From: Candidatus Daviesbacteria bacterium
GTDB lineage: Bacteria; Patescibacteriota; Microgenomatia; Daviesbacterales; UBA10151
Direction: 5' to 3'
Length of the DNA: 64,000 bases
Assembly: GCA_028687915.1 (NCBI GenBank)
Contig: JAQTZF010000001.1
Span: forward strand, 418,634 to 482,633
The first letter of the stretch is position 1. Each line of letters starts with the position of its first letter. The notes under the pieces are model-generated. The model had not been told where the DNA came from. It did no database searches and saw nothing but the letters and a program-made list of their open reading frames with translations. Shown piece after piece: positions 18,099-26,406 of this stretch. The translations under genes and the position numbers were made by a program.

Positions 18099-18976
18099 AA
18101 CAAAAGCTTCTAATTTTTGGTGGAGCAGGGCTTATTGGTTCAAAATTTATTGAGAAGTATAAAGATTATTTTGAAATTGATGCTCCAACAATTGATGAGC
18201 TGGATATTTTAAACAAACCCGTTGTTACAGAATACATTAAAAATTCTGGGGCAAACCTATTAATTAATTATGCAGCATATACAGATGTAGATAAAGCAGA
18301 AGCAGAGAAGGGAAATAAAGAAGGGATTGTTTATAGATTAAATTCTGAAATTGTTAAAGATCTTTGTGAAATTTGTAAACCTTTAAATATGCATTATATT
18401 CATTTTTCTACAGACTATGTTTTTGATGGTGAAAAAGCAGACAGCCCTTATACAGAAGAAGATAAACCAAATCCATTAAGCTGGTATGGTGAAACTAAAT
18501 ATTTTGCTGAACAATTTATTTTAGAAAGTAATGTAAAAAGTACCATAATCAGAACCTCAATGCCATTTTCTTCGCATTTTGATTTAAAACAGGATATAGC
18601 TAGGATTTTCTTAAAACTTCTAAAAGACAACCAGGAAATAGTTGCTATCAATGATCAGATGGTAACTCCTGTTTTTGTTGATGATTTGGCAAATGCTTTA
18701 AAAACTTTAATAGAGGAAAAGGAAGAGGGTATCTATCATGTTGTTTGTTCAAACTACACGACACCTTTTGATTTAGCAAAAATAATTGCAGAAAAATTTG
18801 GATTAGACAGCTCCTTAGTTAAGCCTACAGAAATTGCTGAATATAATAAAACAAGAGAAGCAAAAAGGTCTAAATATGGCTGGATGAGTGTTAAAAAGTT
18901 TGAAAATAGGTTTGGTAAGGGAATTTTACACAGTGTTGAAGAAAGTATTGACCTATTCAAACAACAAATAGTATGA
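18095..18976 (+). CDS. rmlD: dTDP-4-dehydrorhamnose reductase-like SDR (RmlD family)
   Basis: 293 aa. The GGAGLIGS Rossmann motif, STDYVFDG, YGETK (the YxxxK motif) and IIRTS are collinear with E. coli RmlD. There is a 4-nt overlap with rmlC. Confidence 0.78.
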   Translation: MKQKLLIFGGAGLIGSKFIEKYKDYFEIDAPTIDELDILNKPVVTEYIKNSGANLLINYAAYTDVDKAEAEKGNKEGIVYRLNSEIVKDLCEICKPLNMHYIHFSTDYVFDGEKADSPYTEEDKPNPLSWYGETKYFAEQFILESNVKSTIIRTSMPFSSHFDLKQDIARIFLKLLKDNQEIVAINDQMVTPVFVDDLANALKTLIEEKEEGIYHVVCSNYTTPFDLAKIIAEKFGLDSSLVKPTEIAEYNKTREAKRSKYGWMSVKKFENRFGKGILHSVEESIDLFKQQIV

Positions 18977-18989
18977 TCTAAAACAGTCA

Positions 18990-20006
18990 ATGAAAAAAGC
19001 TTTAATTACCGGAATTACAGGGCAGGATGGATCTTTTTTAACTGAGTTACTTTTAAAAAAAGGTTATGAGGTAGCAGGATTTATCAGAAGCAATAGTACA
19101 GGAAGTTTGGGAAATGTAACTCACCTTCGTGATGAACTTCAATTTTACCGGGGCAGTTTAGATGATGAAAGATCTATTGAAGAAGCTTTAATGGATTTTA
19201 AACCAGATGAAATTTATAATTTAGGAGCAGAAGCAGCCCCATTTGATTCTTTTAGAAGACCAGTTTATACCTCAGATATTAATGCTTTGGGTCCACTGCG
19301 TGTATTTGAAGCAGCTCACAGATTACAAAAGTCTTTGGATAAAAAAATTAAAATTTATCAGGCTTCTACTTCAGAAATGTTTGGAGCACCTACAGAAATT
19401 CCTCAAAATGAGAACACTTCTTTTAAACCAAATAATCCTTATGGGGTAGCAAAATTATTTGCTCATTATAATGCCAGAATTTTACGTGAAGGCACACAAA
19501 ATATGTTTATTTGTTGTGGAATATTATTTAATCATGAAAGTCCAAGAAGAGGGATGCAGTATGTAACCAGAAAAGTTACAGTAGCTGTGGCTTGTATAGT
19601 TAATAAAGTTAAAGATCCACCATTAAATGAATTAGGGGAACCAATAATTACTTCAGATTGGAAAATCCAAATGGGGAATTTGGATGCCAAAAGAGATTGG
19701 GGATATGCAAAAGAATATGTAGAAGCTATGCAGATCATGATGCAACAAGATAAGCCAGATGATTTTGTGATAGCTACAGGAGAAACTCACAGTATCAAAG
19801 ATTTACTGGAAGCAGCATTTTCTCATGTAGGATTAAATTGGGAGGATCATGTAATAACAAATCCTTCATTAGTCAGACCTTTAGAAACAGGTCCTCTTTG
19901 TGGGAATGCAGAAAAAGCTAAAAAAGTATTAGGTTGGGAACCTAAAACAAGTTTTAAACAATTAGTTGGGTTAATGGTAGACTCAGACCTCGCCAAATTT
20001 TCTTGA
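18990..20006 (+). CDS. gmd: GDP-mannose 4,6-dehydratase
   Basis: KALITGITGQDGSFLTELLLKKGYEV is the Gmd N-terminal signature (GxTGQDGSYL). YQASTSEMFG, NPYGVAKL, GILFNHESPRRG and RDWG.AKEYV are collinear with E. coli Gmd. Confidence 0.88.
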   Translation: MKKALITGITGQDGSFLTELLLKKGYEVAGFIRSNSTGSLGNVTHLRDELQFYRGSLDDERSIEEALMDFKPDEIYNLGAEAAPFDSFRRPVYTSDINALGPLRVFEAAHRLQKSLDKKIKIYQASTSEMFGAPTEIPQNENTSFKPNNPYGVAKLFAHYNARILREGTQNMFICCGILFNHESPRRGMQYVTRKVTVAVACIVNKVKDPPLNELGEPIITSDWKIQMGNLDAKRDWGYAKEYVEAMQIMMQQDKPDDFVIATGETHSIKDLLEAAFSHVGLNWEDHVITNPSLVRPLETGPLCGNAEKAKKVLGWEPKTSFKQLVGLMVDSDLAKFS

Positions 20007-20066
20007 ACCAACTTCTCTTAGAATTTTTTGGTCGAGTATTTTTTTTCATAAACTAATTTAATAAAG

Positions 20067-20072
20067 TATAAT
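20067..20072 (+). promoter_or_regulatory. TATAAT -10 hexamer 6 nt upstream of ATG 20079 (leaderless-type start for the P-loop NTPase gene)
   Basis: The sequence is aaagTATAATaaccgcATG. The same geometry recurs at other unit starts. Confidence 0.25.
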
Positions 20073-20078
20073 AACCGC

Positions 20079-21677
20079 ATGACTATTAAGAAATCTGATT
20101 ATGCTCAAATAATTGGAAATATAAACATAGGAAACTCTATTGCAGAAGACGATTTTTTATTAGAGTCTGCAAGAGTTGAAACGCCGGTGTTTAAAGGTGT
20201 TATTGAAGATAAGTATGATATAGTTTTGGGTAGAAAAGGTGCAGGAAAAACTGCAATATTTAAGTTAGTAAACCTTTTGTCAGAACATTTGTTGAGCAGA
20301 GACAATTTAGTAATATTAAGTGGAGTAAATAGTTCCGGTGAATCATTGTTTAATAAATTTAAAGAACAATTTAAAGATTATAGCGAAGAAGACTTTGAAA
20401 ATTTTTGGAAACTGTACTTTATTAATTTAATTTATAATCAATTTCTTAAAGAGCCTAAATTTGAGAAGAAACTGGAAACTTGCGAGAAGGAGATCAAAGA
20501 TTTTAAAAGTGCTTGCTATAAAGCAGGAATTCCCGATATTAAAAGCATACAAGGAATGCAAGCTATACTGGCTTGGTCTGTAAATGCGTTAAAGTCAGTT
20601 AAGTTAAAAGTTCCTATATCTTATGATGCAAAAAATCAAACATTATTTGCCCTTCCTGAATTAAAGATTGAAAAGGGTGTCAATAAGGAAGATGGTTTAT
20701 CAGAAACTAAATCTTTATATGTGCATGATATAGGTTTTGCTCTTGGGAAAATTCTTCATAAAAGTGGTTTTCATATATGGATTATATTGGATAGACTTGA
20801 TGAGGTTTTTGATAGATACTCTGCAGAGGAATTTAATGGTTTAAGAGGCTTATTAAGAGCTTATAAGAGTTTTGACATCGGAGTTGAAGGTAATTTTCGG
20901 ATAAAACTTTTTTTAAGAGATGACATCAAGTCTTTCTTAACAGATGCTAAGTCATATGAAAAACATTTCCCTAAAAAAGAATTACCTCCTTTGGTAGCAG
21001 CTACGCATATATTTTCAAAGGAATCACCAACACTAAGTTGGTCAGAAGATGAAATTGAGCAGTTAATATTAAATAGGTTATTGCTTGGACTAAATATTCA
21101 GCTAAGAGATTATTTGGGAATTAATGAAAAATATGTCGGTTTAAAAAAGAGTGAGATCGATAAAAAACTAGAAGAAGAATTAAGAAATAAACAATCCCGT
21201 AAAGAATATTGGAACAAGATATTTCCTTCTAAAATATCTTCAACCGATTCCTCTTTAAAGTGGATTTTTTCTCATCTTAAAGATTCAAATGATATAGTTA
21301 CTCCACGTTCAGTGATTGATATGTTAGAAGGAGCAATAAACTTCCAAAAACAAAAAATGCAAACAGATTTTCAGGATTCTTCTGTTGTATTTCCAATTGA
21401 GTCTATTAAAGCAGGTTTAGACATTGCTTCAGAACATAAACTTCTAAAGGATATATATAATGAATTCCCTAAAGAACAAGGATATATTAAACTTTTAAGT
21501 AAAGAAGGTCAGTTTAAGCTTTCTAAATCAGACCTCGAAAGACTTTTTGGAAAAGATTGGGAAAATATTGTTACCACCTTACGAAAGATAGGAATTCTTA
21601 GATATGTGAAAAATTCAGAGGAGTTTAGAATTGTTCACCTATTTCGCCCGGCCTTGGGAGTTAGTTATAGATATTAG
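20079..21677 (+). CDS. Orphan P-loop NTPase with STAND/KAP-like Walker B, hypothetical (possible defense or regulatory ATPase)
   Basis: 532 aa, soluble. Walker A is VLGRKGAGKTAIFKL at ~aa 50-60, and Walker B is hhhhD-x-LDE (IWIILDRLDEVF) at ~aa 236-245, resembling NACHT 'DGLDE' and KAP 'DDLDR'. The long helical C-terminal half has no glycosyltransferase motifs. It is flanked by 70-90 bp gaps. Confidence 0.6.
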   Translation: MTIKKSDYAQIIGNINIGNSIAEDDFLLESARVETPVFKGVIEDKYDIVLGRKGAGKTAIFKLVNLLSEHLLSRDNLVILSGVNSSGESLFNKFKEQFKDYSEEDFENFWKLYFINLIYNQFLKEPKFEKKLETCEKEIKDFKSACYKAGIPDIKSIQGMQAILAWSVNALKSVKLKVPISYDAKNQTLFALPELKIEKGVNKEDGLSETKSLYVHDIGFALGKILHKSGFHIWIILDRLDEVFDRYSAEEFNGLRGLLRAYKSFDIGVEGNFRIKLFLRDDIKSFLTDAKSYEKHFPKKELPPLVAATHIFSKESPTLSWSEDEIEQLILNRLLLGLNIQLRDYLGINEKYVGLKKSEIDKKLEEELRNKQSRKEYWNKIFPSKISSTDSSLKWIFSHLKDSNDIVTPRSVIDMLEGAINFQKQKMQTDFQDSSVVFPIESIKAGLDIASEHKLLKDIYNEFPKEQGYIKLLSKEGQFKLSKSDLERLFGKDWENIVTTLRKIGILRYVKNSEEFRIVHLFRPALGVSYRY

Positions 21678-21765
21678 ATAGTCGAAAGGTATGGTGTTAT
21701 GTATTGTCAAAAGTTATTCCTTCATCTACAATCGATCAAGGTCCTTAAAAATCCAGTAATAGAAA

Positions 21766-22947
21766 ATGAAAAAAGCGGTAATCCTACTTTATACCTATAA
21801 TGAAAAAGAAAATCTTGAAAAATTTGTTGGTGAGGTTTTAAATCAAGAAAAACACTCTGATGGATGGAATTTTGAAATATTAATAGCTGACAGCTCTTCT
21901 CCAGATGGCACATTTGAAATAGCAAAAAGACTTGCTAAAAATAATCCTAAAATTCATGCAATTACTGTAGGAAAGGGATTGGGGGTAGCAGTTATTGAAG
22001 GTCATCAATACTCTATAAAACATTTAAAGCCAGATGCTTTGGTTCAACTTGATGCTGATGGACAAGCTAAAGCTGATGTTGTCCCAAGACTTTTAAAAAC
22101 AATTGATGAAGGTTATAACCTTGCCCTTGGTTCAAGATTTGTTAAGGGTGGAAAAAATGATTTAACACTCTTGCGAAGAATTTTTACCTGGGGGTCTTGT
22201 ACCTTTTCCCGTTTAATAATGGGCCCTTTGGATATACAGGAATTTACAAATTCCGCCAGGGCATTTACCCCGGAATTATTTAATAAAATTAATTTAAAAA
22301 GACTTCCCTGGAGGGAACAATCTTATATTATTCAACCTGCTTTTTTAAATGAAGCAGTTTTGGCTGGTGCAAAATACAAAGAAGTTCCTCTTTATTTTAA
22401 AAATAGGGAAGAGGGGTATTCAAAAAATAAAGTCTTTAACTATACCTATGATGTAATTACTTATTCAATAGATGCTAGACTCCGAAAATGGGGTTTTAAT
22501 GGTAATTTTTTTAGAATGTCCAGAAGGGCAAAGACTTTTATTAAGTTTGGGATTGTAGGAGTTACCGGAACTATTGTTGATTTTGCCTTTTATAAAATAT
22601 TTATCAATGGATTTGATTTTAATCCTGCAACAGCCAAGGGGTTTTCTGCAGAAATTGCAGTAGTTAATAATTTTATCTGGAATAATTTTTGGACTTTTAA
22701 ATATAGAAAAACAAAAACCAATTTAGGGCAAAAATTCCTTATTTTTAATCTGGTCAGTGTAGGAGGAATTGTAATAGGTGTTTTGATTGTTAAATTATTG
22801 GATATGACCTTTGGAAGTGGATATGTTTATATTTTAGGAAGACATATTGCCTATAATAACTTTTATTTCTTTGCCACAATCCCACCTGTGATGATTTGGA
22901 ACTTTGTAGCAAATCACCTTATAACCTGGAAAAACAAAGAAGATTAA
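21766..22947 (+). CDS. GT2 glycosyltransferase (Dpm1-like polyprenyl-phosphate sugar synthase) fused to a C-terminal GtrA-like membrane domain
   Basis: The N-terminal ~230 aa have GT-A features (LLYTYNEKENL, ADSSSPDGT, DXD-like QLDADGQ). The C-terminal ~130 aa have 4 TM with FIKFGIVGVTGTIVDFAFYKIF...WNFVANH, typical of the GtrA family. Confidence 0.75.
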   Translation: MKKAVILLYTYNEKENLEKFVGEVLNQEKHSDGWNFEILIADSSSPDGTFEIAKRLAKNNPKIHAITVGKGLGVAVIEGHQYSIKHLKPDALVQLDADGQAKADVVPRLLKTIDEGYNLALGSRFVKGGKNDLTLLRRIFTWGSCTFSRLIMGPLDIQEFTNSARAFTPELFNKINLKRLPWREQSYIIQPAFLNEAVLAGAKYKEVPLYFKNREEGYSKNKVFNYTYDVITYSIDARLRKWGFNGNFFRMSRRAKTFIKFGIVGVTGTIVDFAFYKIFINGFDFNPATAKGFSAEIAVVNNFIWNNFWTFKYRKTKTNLGQKFLIFNLVSVGGIVIGVLIVKLLDMTFGSGYVYILGRHIAYNNFYFFATIPPVMIWNFVANHLITWKNKED

Positions 22948-24113
22948 TTATATAACTGTAAATTAGAAACTGGAGCTGTATTAGAAATTAAGAAGTTTTG
23001 AGCATAAAGGTAAATCCCCAGGGAAACTATCACCAAAACAATTTTAAATTCCTTTGATGTTAAGAGACGCTCAAATGCAATCAGAACAAAAGGAAAGATT
23101 GGTAAAACATATCTGCTAATATCTCTATGTGCTACAAATATACTTGCTCCAAGATAGGTAAAGACAAAGAAAGCTAATGGATAAAGTTTTTGTTTTATTA
23201 AAAACATTGCCCCCAGGAAGCCTAGTATAAAGGTATAAACAATATCTTCCAGCCAGATATCTCCTACCCAAAATTGATTTTTATTAAATACCTGAAAAGG
23301 GGTAAGTGTAAGATGAATATTATCACCAGAATGAAAGTAAGCAAAAAAATCTTTATAAGCCAGGGAATACCAGTAAAAAACTCCCAGCATAGTTAAAGGA
23401 ATTAAAAATAAAGGGGAATAACTAAAAAGATGAGTTATTTTTTGTGAGATAGTTTGTGTTTTGTTTTTAAAAAAGGTATTCCATAATACAAATAAACCAA
23501 TAGCTATAAATATTAAGATTCCTGGTGGTCTGGTAAATTGGGCCAGCATTCCAAAAAGTGCAGTTGCCCAAATATATTTTTGTTGTTTTAAAGCTTCAAA
23601 CTTCATAAAGAAGTAAAAAGTAAGGATGGTAAAGCAGATAAAAATTGGTTCTGCAGAGCCTACACTATGAACTATTAACCATCTGGCAGGTAAGACTAAA
23701 AACAATGATGATAAAAGTAATGGGTGAGTACTTAATTTAAAATCTTTAACTAAATAATAAAAAGCTAAAACTGATGTGATTGTAAAAAATACTGAAATTA
23801 GTAACATTGCTTTTAAGAATCCAAAAAACGGAGAGATTAAAAGTATTAGCATGGCATAACCTGGAAAGTGGGCTGCATAATAATTAGCAGATAGTGATTG
23901 GGGTAAGGAAGCAATAATATGTGGCTGATATAAGGATTTGGCAATAATTACATATTCCAGGCCATCAAAATTACGATAAATTGATCCTATTCCAGCAGAA
24001 AAATTTAAGCCTAATAAATTTTCCAGGTTCAGGTAAAAAGGTAACCAGATTATGAGGGTGAGAAACAGTGTAAGTCCTGTTAAAATAAAGAAATCTTTTA
24101 TAATGTTTTTCAC
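22944..24113 (-). CDS. Polytopic membrane protein, GT-C-like, hypothetical (family uncertain)
   Basis: 389 aa with ~11 TM. It is convergent with the GT2-GtrA gene (4-nt overlap). There is no clear family motif beyond the general GT-C-like architecture. Confidence 0.5.
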   Translation of the reverse strand: MKNIIKDFFILTGLTLFLTLIIWLPFYLNLENLLGLNFSAGIGSIYRNFDGLEYVIIAKSLYQPHIIASLPQSLSANYYAAHFPGYAMLILLISPFFGFLKAMLLISVFFTITSVLAFYYLVKDFKLSTHPLLLSSLFLVLPARWLIVHSVGSAEPIFICFTILTFYFFMKFEALKQQKYIWATALFGMLAQFTRPPGILIFIAIGLFVLWNTFFKNKTQTISQKITHLFSYSPLFLIPLTMLGVFYWYSLAYKDFFAYFHSGDNIHLTLTPFQVFNKNQFWVGDIWLEDIVYTFILGFLGAMFLIKQKLYPLAFFVFTYLGASIFVAHRDISRYVLPIFPFVLIAFERLLTSKEFKIVLVIVSLGIYLYAQNFLISNTAPVSNLQLYN

Positions 24114-24179
24114 AATTTTATGTTAGCATAACCATATATTCTTGTGCTACACTGGCTAAGACTATATTTATAAACTTTT

Positions 24180-24878
24180 ATGAAAATTGACGAATTATCA
24201 GTATTTTTTCCGGTTTACAATGAGGAGAAAAATATTCCTGTTACAGTTGAAAAAGCAATTGCTGTATTAAAAACGTTGGGTTTAAAAAAATATGAAATTA
24301 TTTTAGTTGATGATGGTTCAAAAGATAAAAGTCCGGAAATTATAGATAATTTAGCTAAGAAATATAATTTTATTAAAGCTATTCATCAAGCTAACGGTGG
24401 TTATGGGTGTGCATTAAGAACAGGTTTAGCAAATGCCTCATATGATTGGATAGTTTACACAGACGCAGACGGACAGTTTGATTTTTCAGAAGTTACTAAA
24501 TTTTTGGAGAAAGCAGAAGAAGCAGATGTTATTTATGCTTATAAGATTAAAAGAAGTGATCCTCCTTTTCGAATGTTTGCAGCAGCAGGTTGGGCTTTTT
24601 CATTATTTTTGGTATTAGGTTTAAGGGTAAAAGATGTAGATACAGGTTTTAAGATGGTAAACAAGAAAGTGTTGCAGAAAATTGCACCTTTGGAATCAAC
24701 CAGAGGGGGGATGATTAATGCAGAGCTGGTGATGAAAGCCAGGAAAGCTGGCTTCAGGTTTGCCCAGGTTAGTGTTAATCATTACCATCGTTTATATGGA
24801 AAGCCATCAGGGGTAAAATTAGAAGTAATTATTCAATCATACCTAGACCTTCTTAAACTTTGGTGGAAGTTGCATTAG
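24180..24878 (+). CDS. GT2 glycosyltransferase, Dpm1-like (polyprenyl-phosphate hexose synthase type)
   Basis: 232 aa with the GT-A fold: VFFPVYNEEKNI, VDDGSKDKS, DXD YTDADGQFD. It is small and soluble-type, as in dolichol-P-mannose synthase-like enzymes. Confidence 0.75.
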   Translation: MKIDELSVFFPVYNEEKNIPVTVEKAIAVLKTLGLKKYEIILVDDGSKDKSPEIIDNLAKKYNFIKAIHQANGGYGCALRTGLANASYDWIVYTDADGQFDFSEVTKFLEKAEEADVIYAYKIKRSDPPFRMFAAAGWAFSLFLVLGLRVKDVDTGFKMVNKKVLQKIAPLESTRGGMINAELVMKARKAGFRFAQVSVNHYHRLYGKPSGVKLEVIIQSYLDLLKLWWKLH

Positions 24879-24879
24879 A

Positions 24880-26406
24880 ATGAAGTCTCTGATTACGTGG
24901 ATAAAACAAAACAAGCTTGAATGCTTAATTTTGACGACTATTTTAGGAGTGGCTGCTTTTTTAAGGTTTTACCGTCTCCCTGATTACATGACTTTTTTGG
25001 GTGATGAAGGCAGGGATGCTTTAATTGTTAAAGATATTCTGGTAAATCATATTATTCCTTCAATTGGTCCCCCATCATCTGTTGGAAATATTTATTTGGG
25101 TCCTTTGTATTACTACATGATGGCTGTTCCAATGGGGATTTTTTGGCTCAATCCTGTGGCTGCAACAGCAATGGTAGCTTTAATTGGGGTAATGGCTGTT
25201 GCTCTAATCTATTATTTAGCAAGAGTGTGGTTTGGTGTTTGTGCAGCAATACTTGCTGCAAGTCTTTATGCTTTATCCTTTGTCACAATCACCTATTCCA
25301 GGTCATCCTGGAATCCTAATCCTGTCCCCTTTTTTACACTTCTTGCTATCTTGGGATTTTATAAAGCAAGGCAAAGTAAAAACTTTTTATGGTTAATACT
25401 AACAGGAATTAGCTTGGCTGCGGCTGTTCAAATGCACTATTTATCCCTTATTTTACTTCCTATTTTTGGTTTGCTCTGGGTTTTTGAACTAAAAGATCAG
25501 GTAATACGTCAAAAATATTCTCATTTTATATTTGGAACAATTTCTGCAATAACAGTATTTATTCTAATGCTAATGCCGCTTATACTATTTGATTTTCGTC
25601 ATAATTTTTTAAATTATCGGGGGATAGTTTCATTATTTACACAAAGTGATAGTAGTGTTGGTTTTAATATATTCACAAGTTTAGGAAAAATCTTGCCGAT
25701 ATTTAATGATAAGCTAATTGGAAGATATTTAGGTGCAGAAAATATTATAGTTACCCTCTTTATATCAATTTTAGTTATTGTGCCTTTGATTTATGGTTTA
25801 TATAAATCTTTTAGACAAAGTAAGGGAGATAACAGTTGGTCAGTATTTGCTTTGGGGATTTGGCTGATTGTTGGTTTATTTGGAATTTCTTTATTTAAAT
25901 TAGAAATATATGATCATTATTTGGGGTTTATTAGCCCGGTACCATTTTTATTATTAGGTGGTTTTGTGGGTATTTTTAAAAATAAAATAGGTTTAATTAT
26001 TACAATAATAATTATATTTATAGTAGGTTTTTTAAATCTACAAAAAACTACTATATTACAACCTGCGAACTATCAACTCGAACGTACTCAGCAAATATCT
26101 AAATATATTATTCAGGAAGTGGGTAATAAACAATTTAACTTTGCTTTACTTTCCGAGAATAACTATGATTCAGCTTATCAATATTTCCTGGATCTTTATG
26201 GAAATAAACCCCGGGTTGTTCCTGTTGATATAACAGACCAATTATATGTGGTTTGTGAGGATAAGGTTTGTAAGCCTGTGGGGAATGCAAAATATGAAAT
26301 AGCGGGTTTTGGTTGGACTTTGATTGAAAAAGAAGAAATAGTTTCAGGTGTTAAAGTTTTTAAGTTAGTTCATAATCCAGCCCAAAAAAATGAAAAAAGT
26401 CTTTAA
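24880..26406 (+). CDS. Polytopic membrane GT-C-like glycosyltransferase, paralog family A
   Basis: 508 aa. FLGDEGRDALIVKDIL...IGPPSSVGNIYLGPLYYY is the family A loop motif. The start codon is 2 nt after the upstream stop. Confidence 0.6.
   Translation: MKSLITWIKQNKLECLILTTILGVAAFLRFYRLPDYMTFLGDEGRDALIVKDILVNHIIPSIGPPSSVGNIYLGPLYYYMMAVPMGIFWLNPVAATAMVALIGVMAVALIYYLARVWFGVCAAILAASLYALSFVTITYSRSSWNPNPVPFFTLLAILGFYKARQSKNFLWLILTGISLAAAVQMHYLSLILLPIFGLLWVFELKDQVIRQKYSHFIFGTISAITVFILMLMPLILFDFRHNFLNYRGIVSLFTQSDSSVGFNIFTSLGKILPIFNDKLIGRYLGAENIIVTLFISILVIVPLIYGLYKSFRQSKGDNSWSVFALGIWLIVGLFGISLFKLEIYDHYLGFISPVPFLLLGGFVGIFKNKIGLIITIIIIFIVGFLNLQKTTILQPANYQLERTQQISKYIIQEVGNKQFNFALLSENNYDSAYQYFLDLYGNKPRVVPVDITDQLYVVCEDKVCKPVGNAKYEIAGFGWTLIEKEEIVSGVKVFKLVHNPAQKNEKSL

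Noticed and set aside
20007-20078. Possible terminator after gmd (ACCAA...TTGGT followed by a T8 run)
   Set aside because: The stem is only 5 bp with a 16-nt loop. The T-run is real but the hairpin is too weak, so it could equally be just AT-rich spacer.
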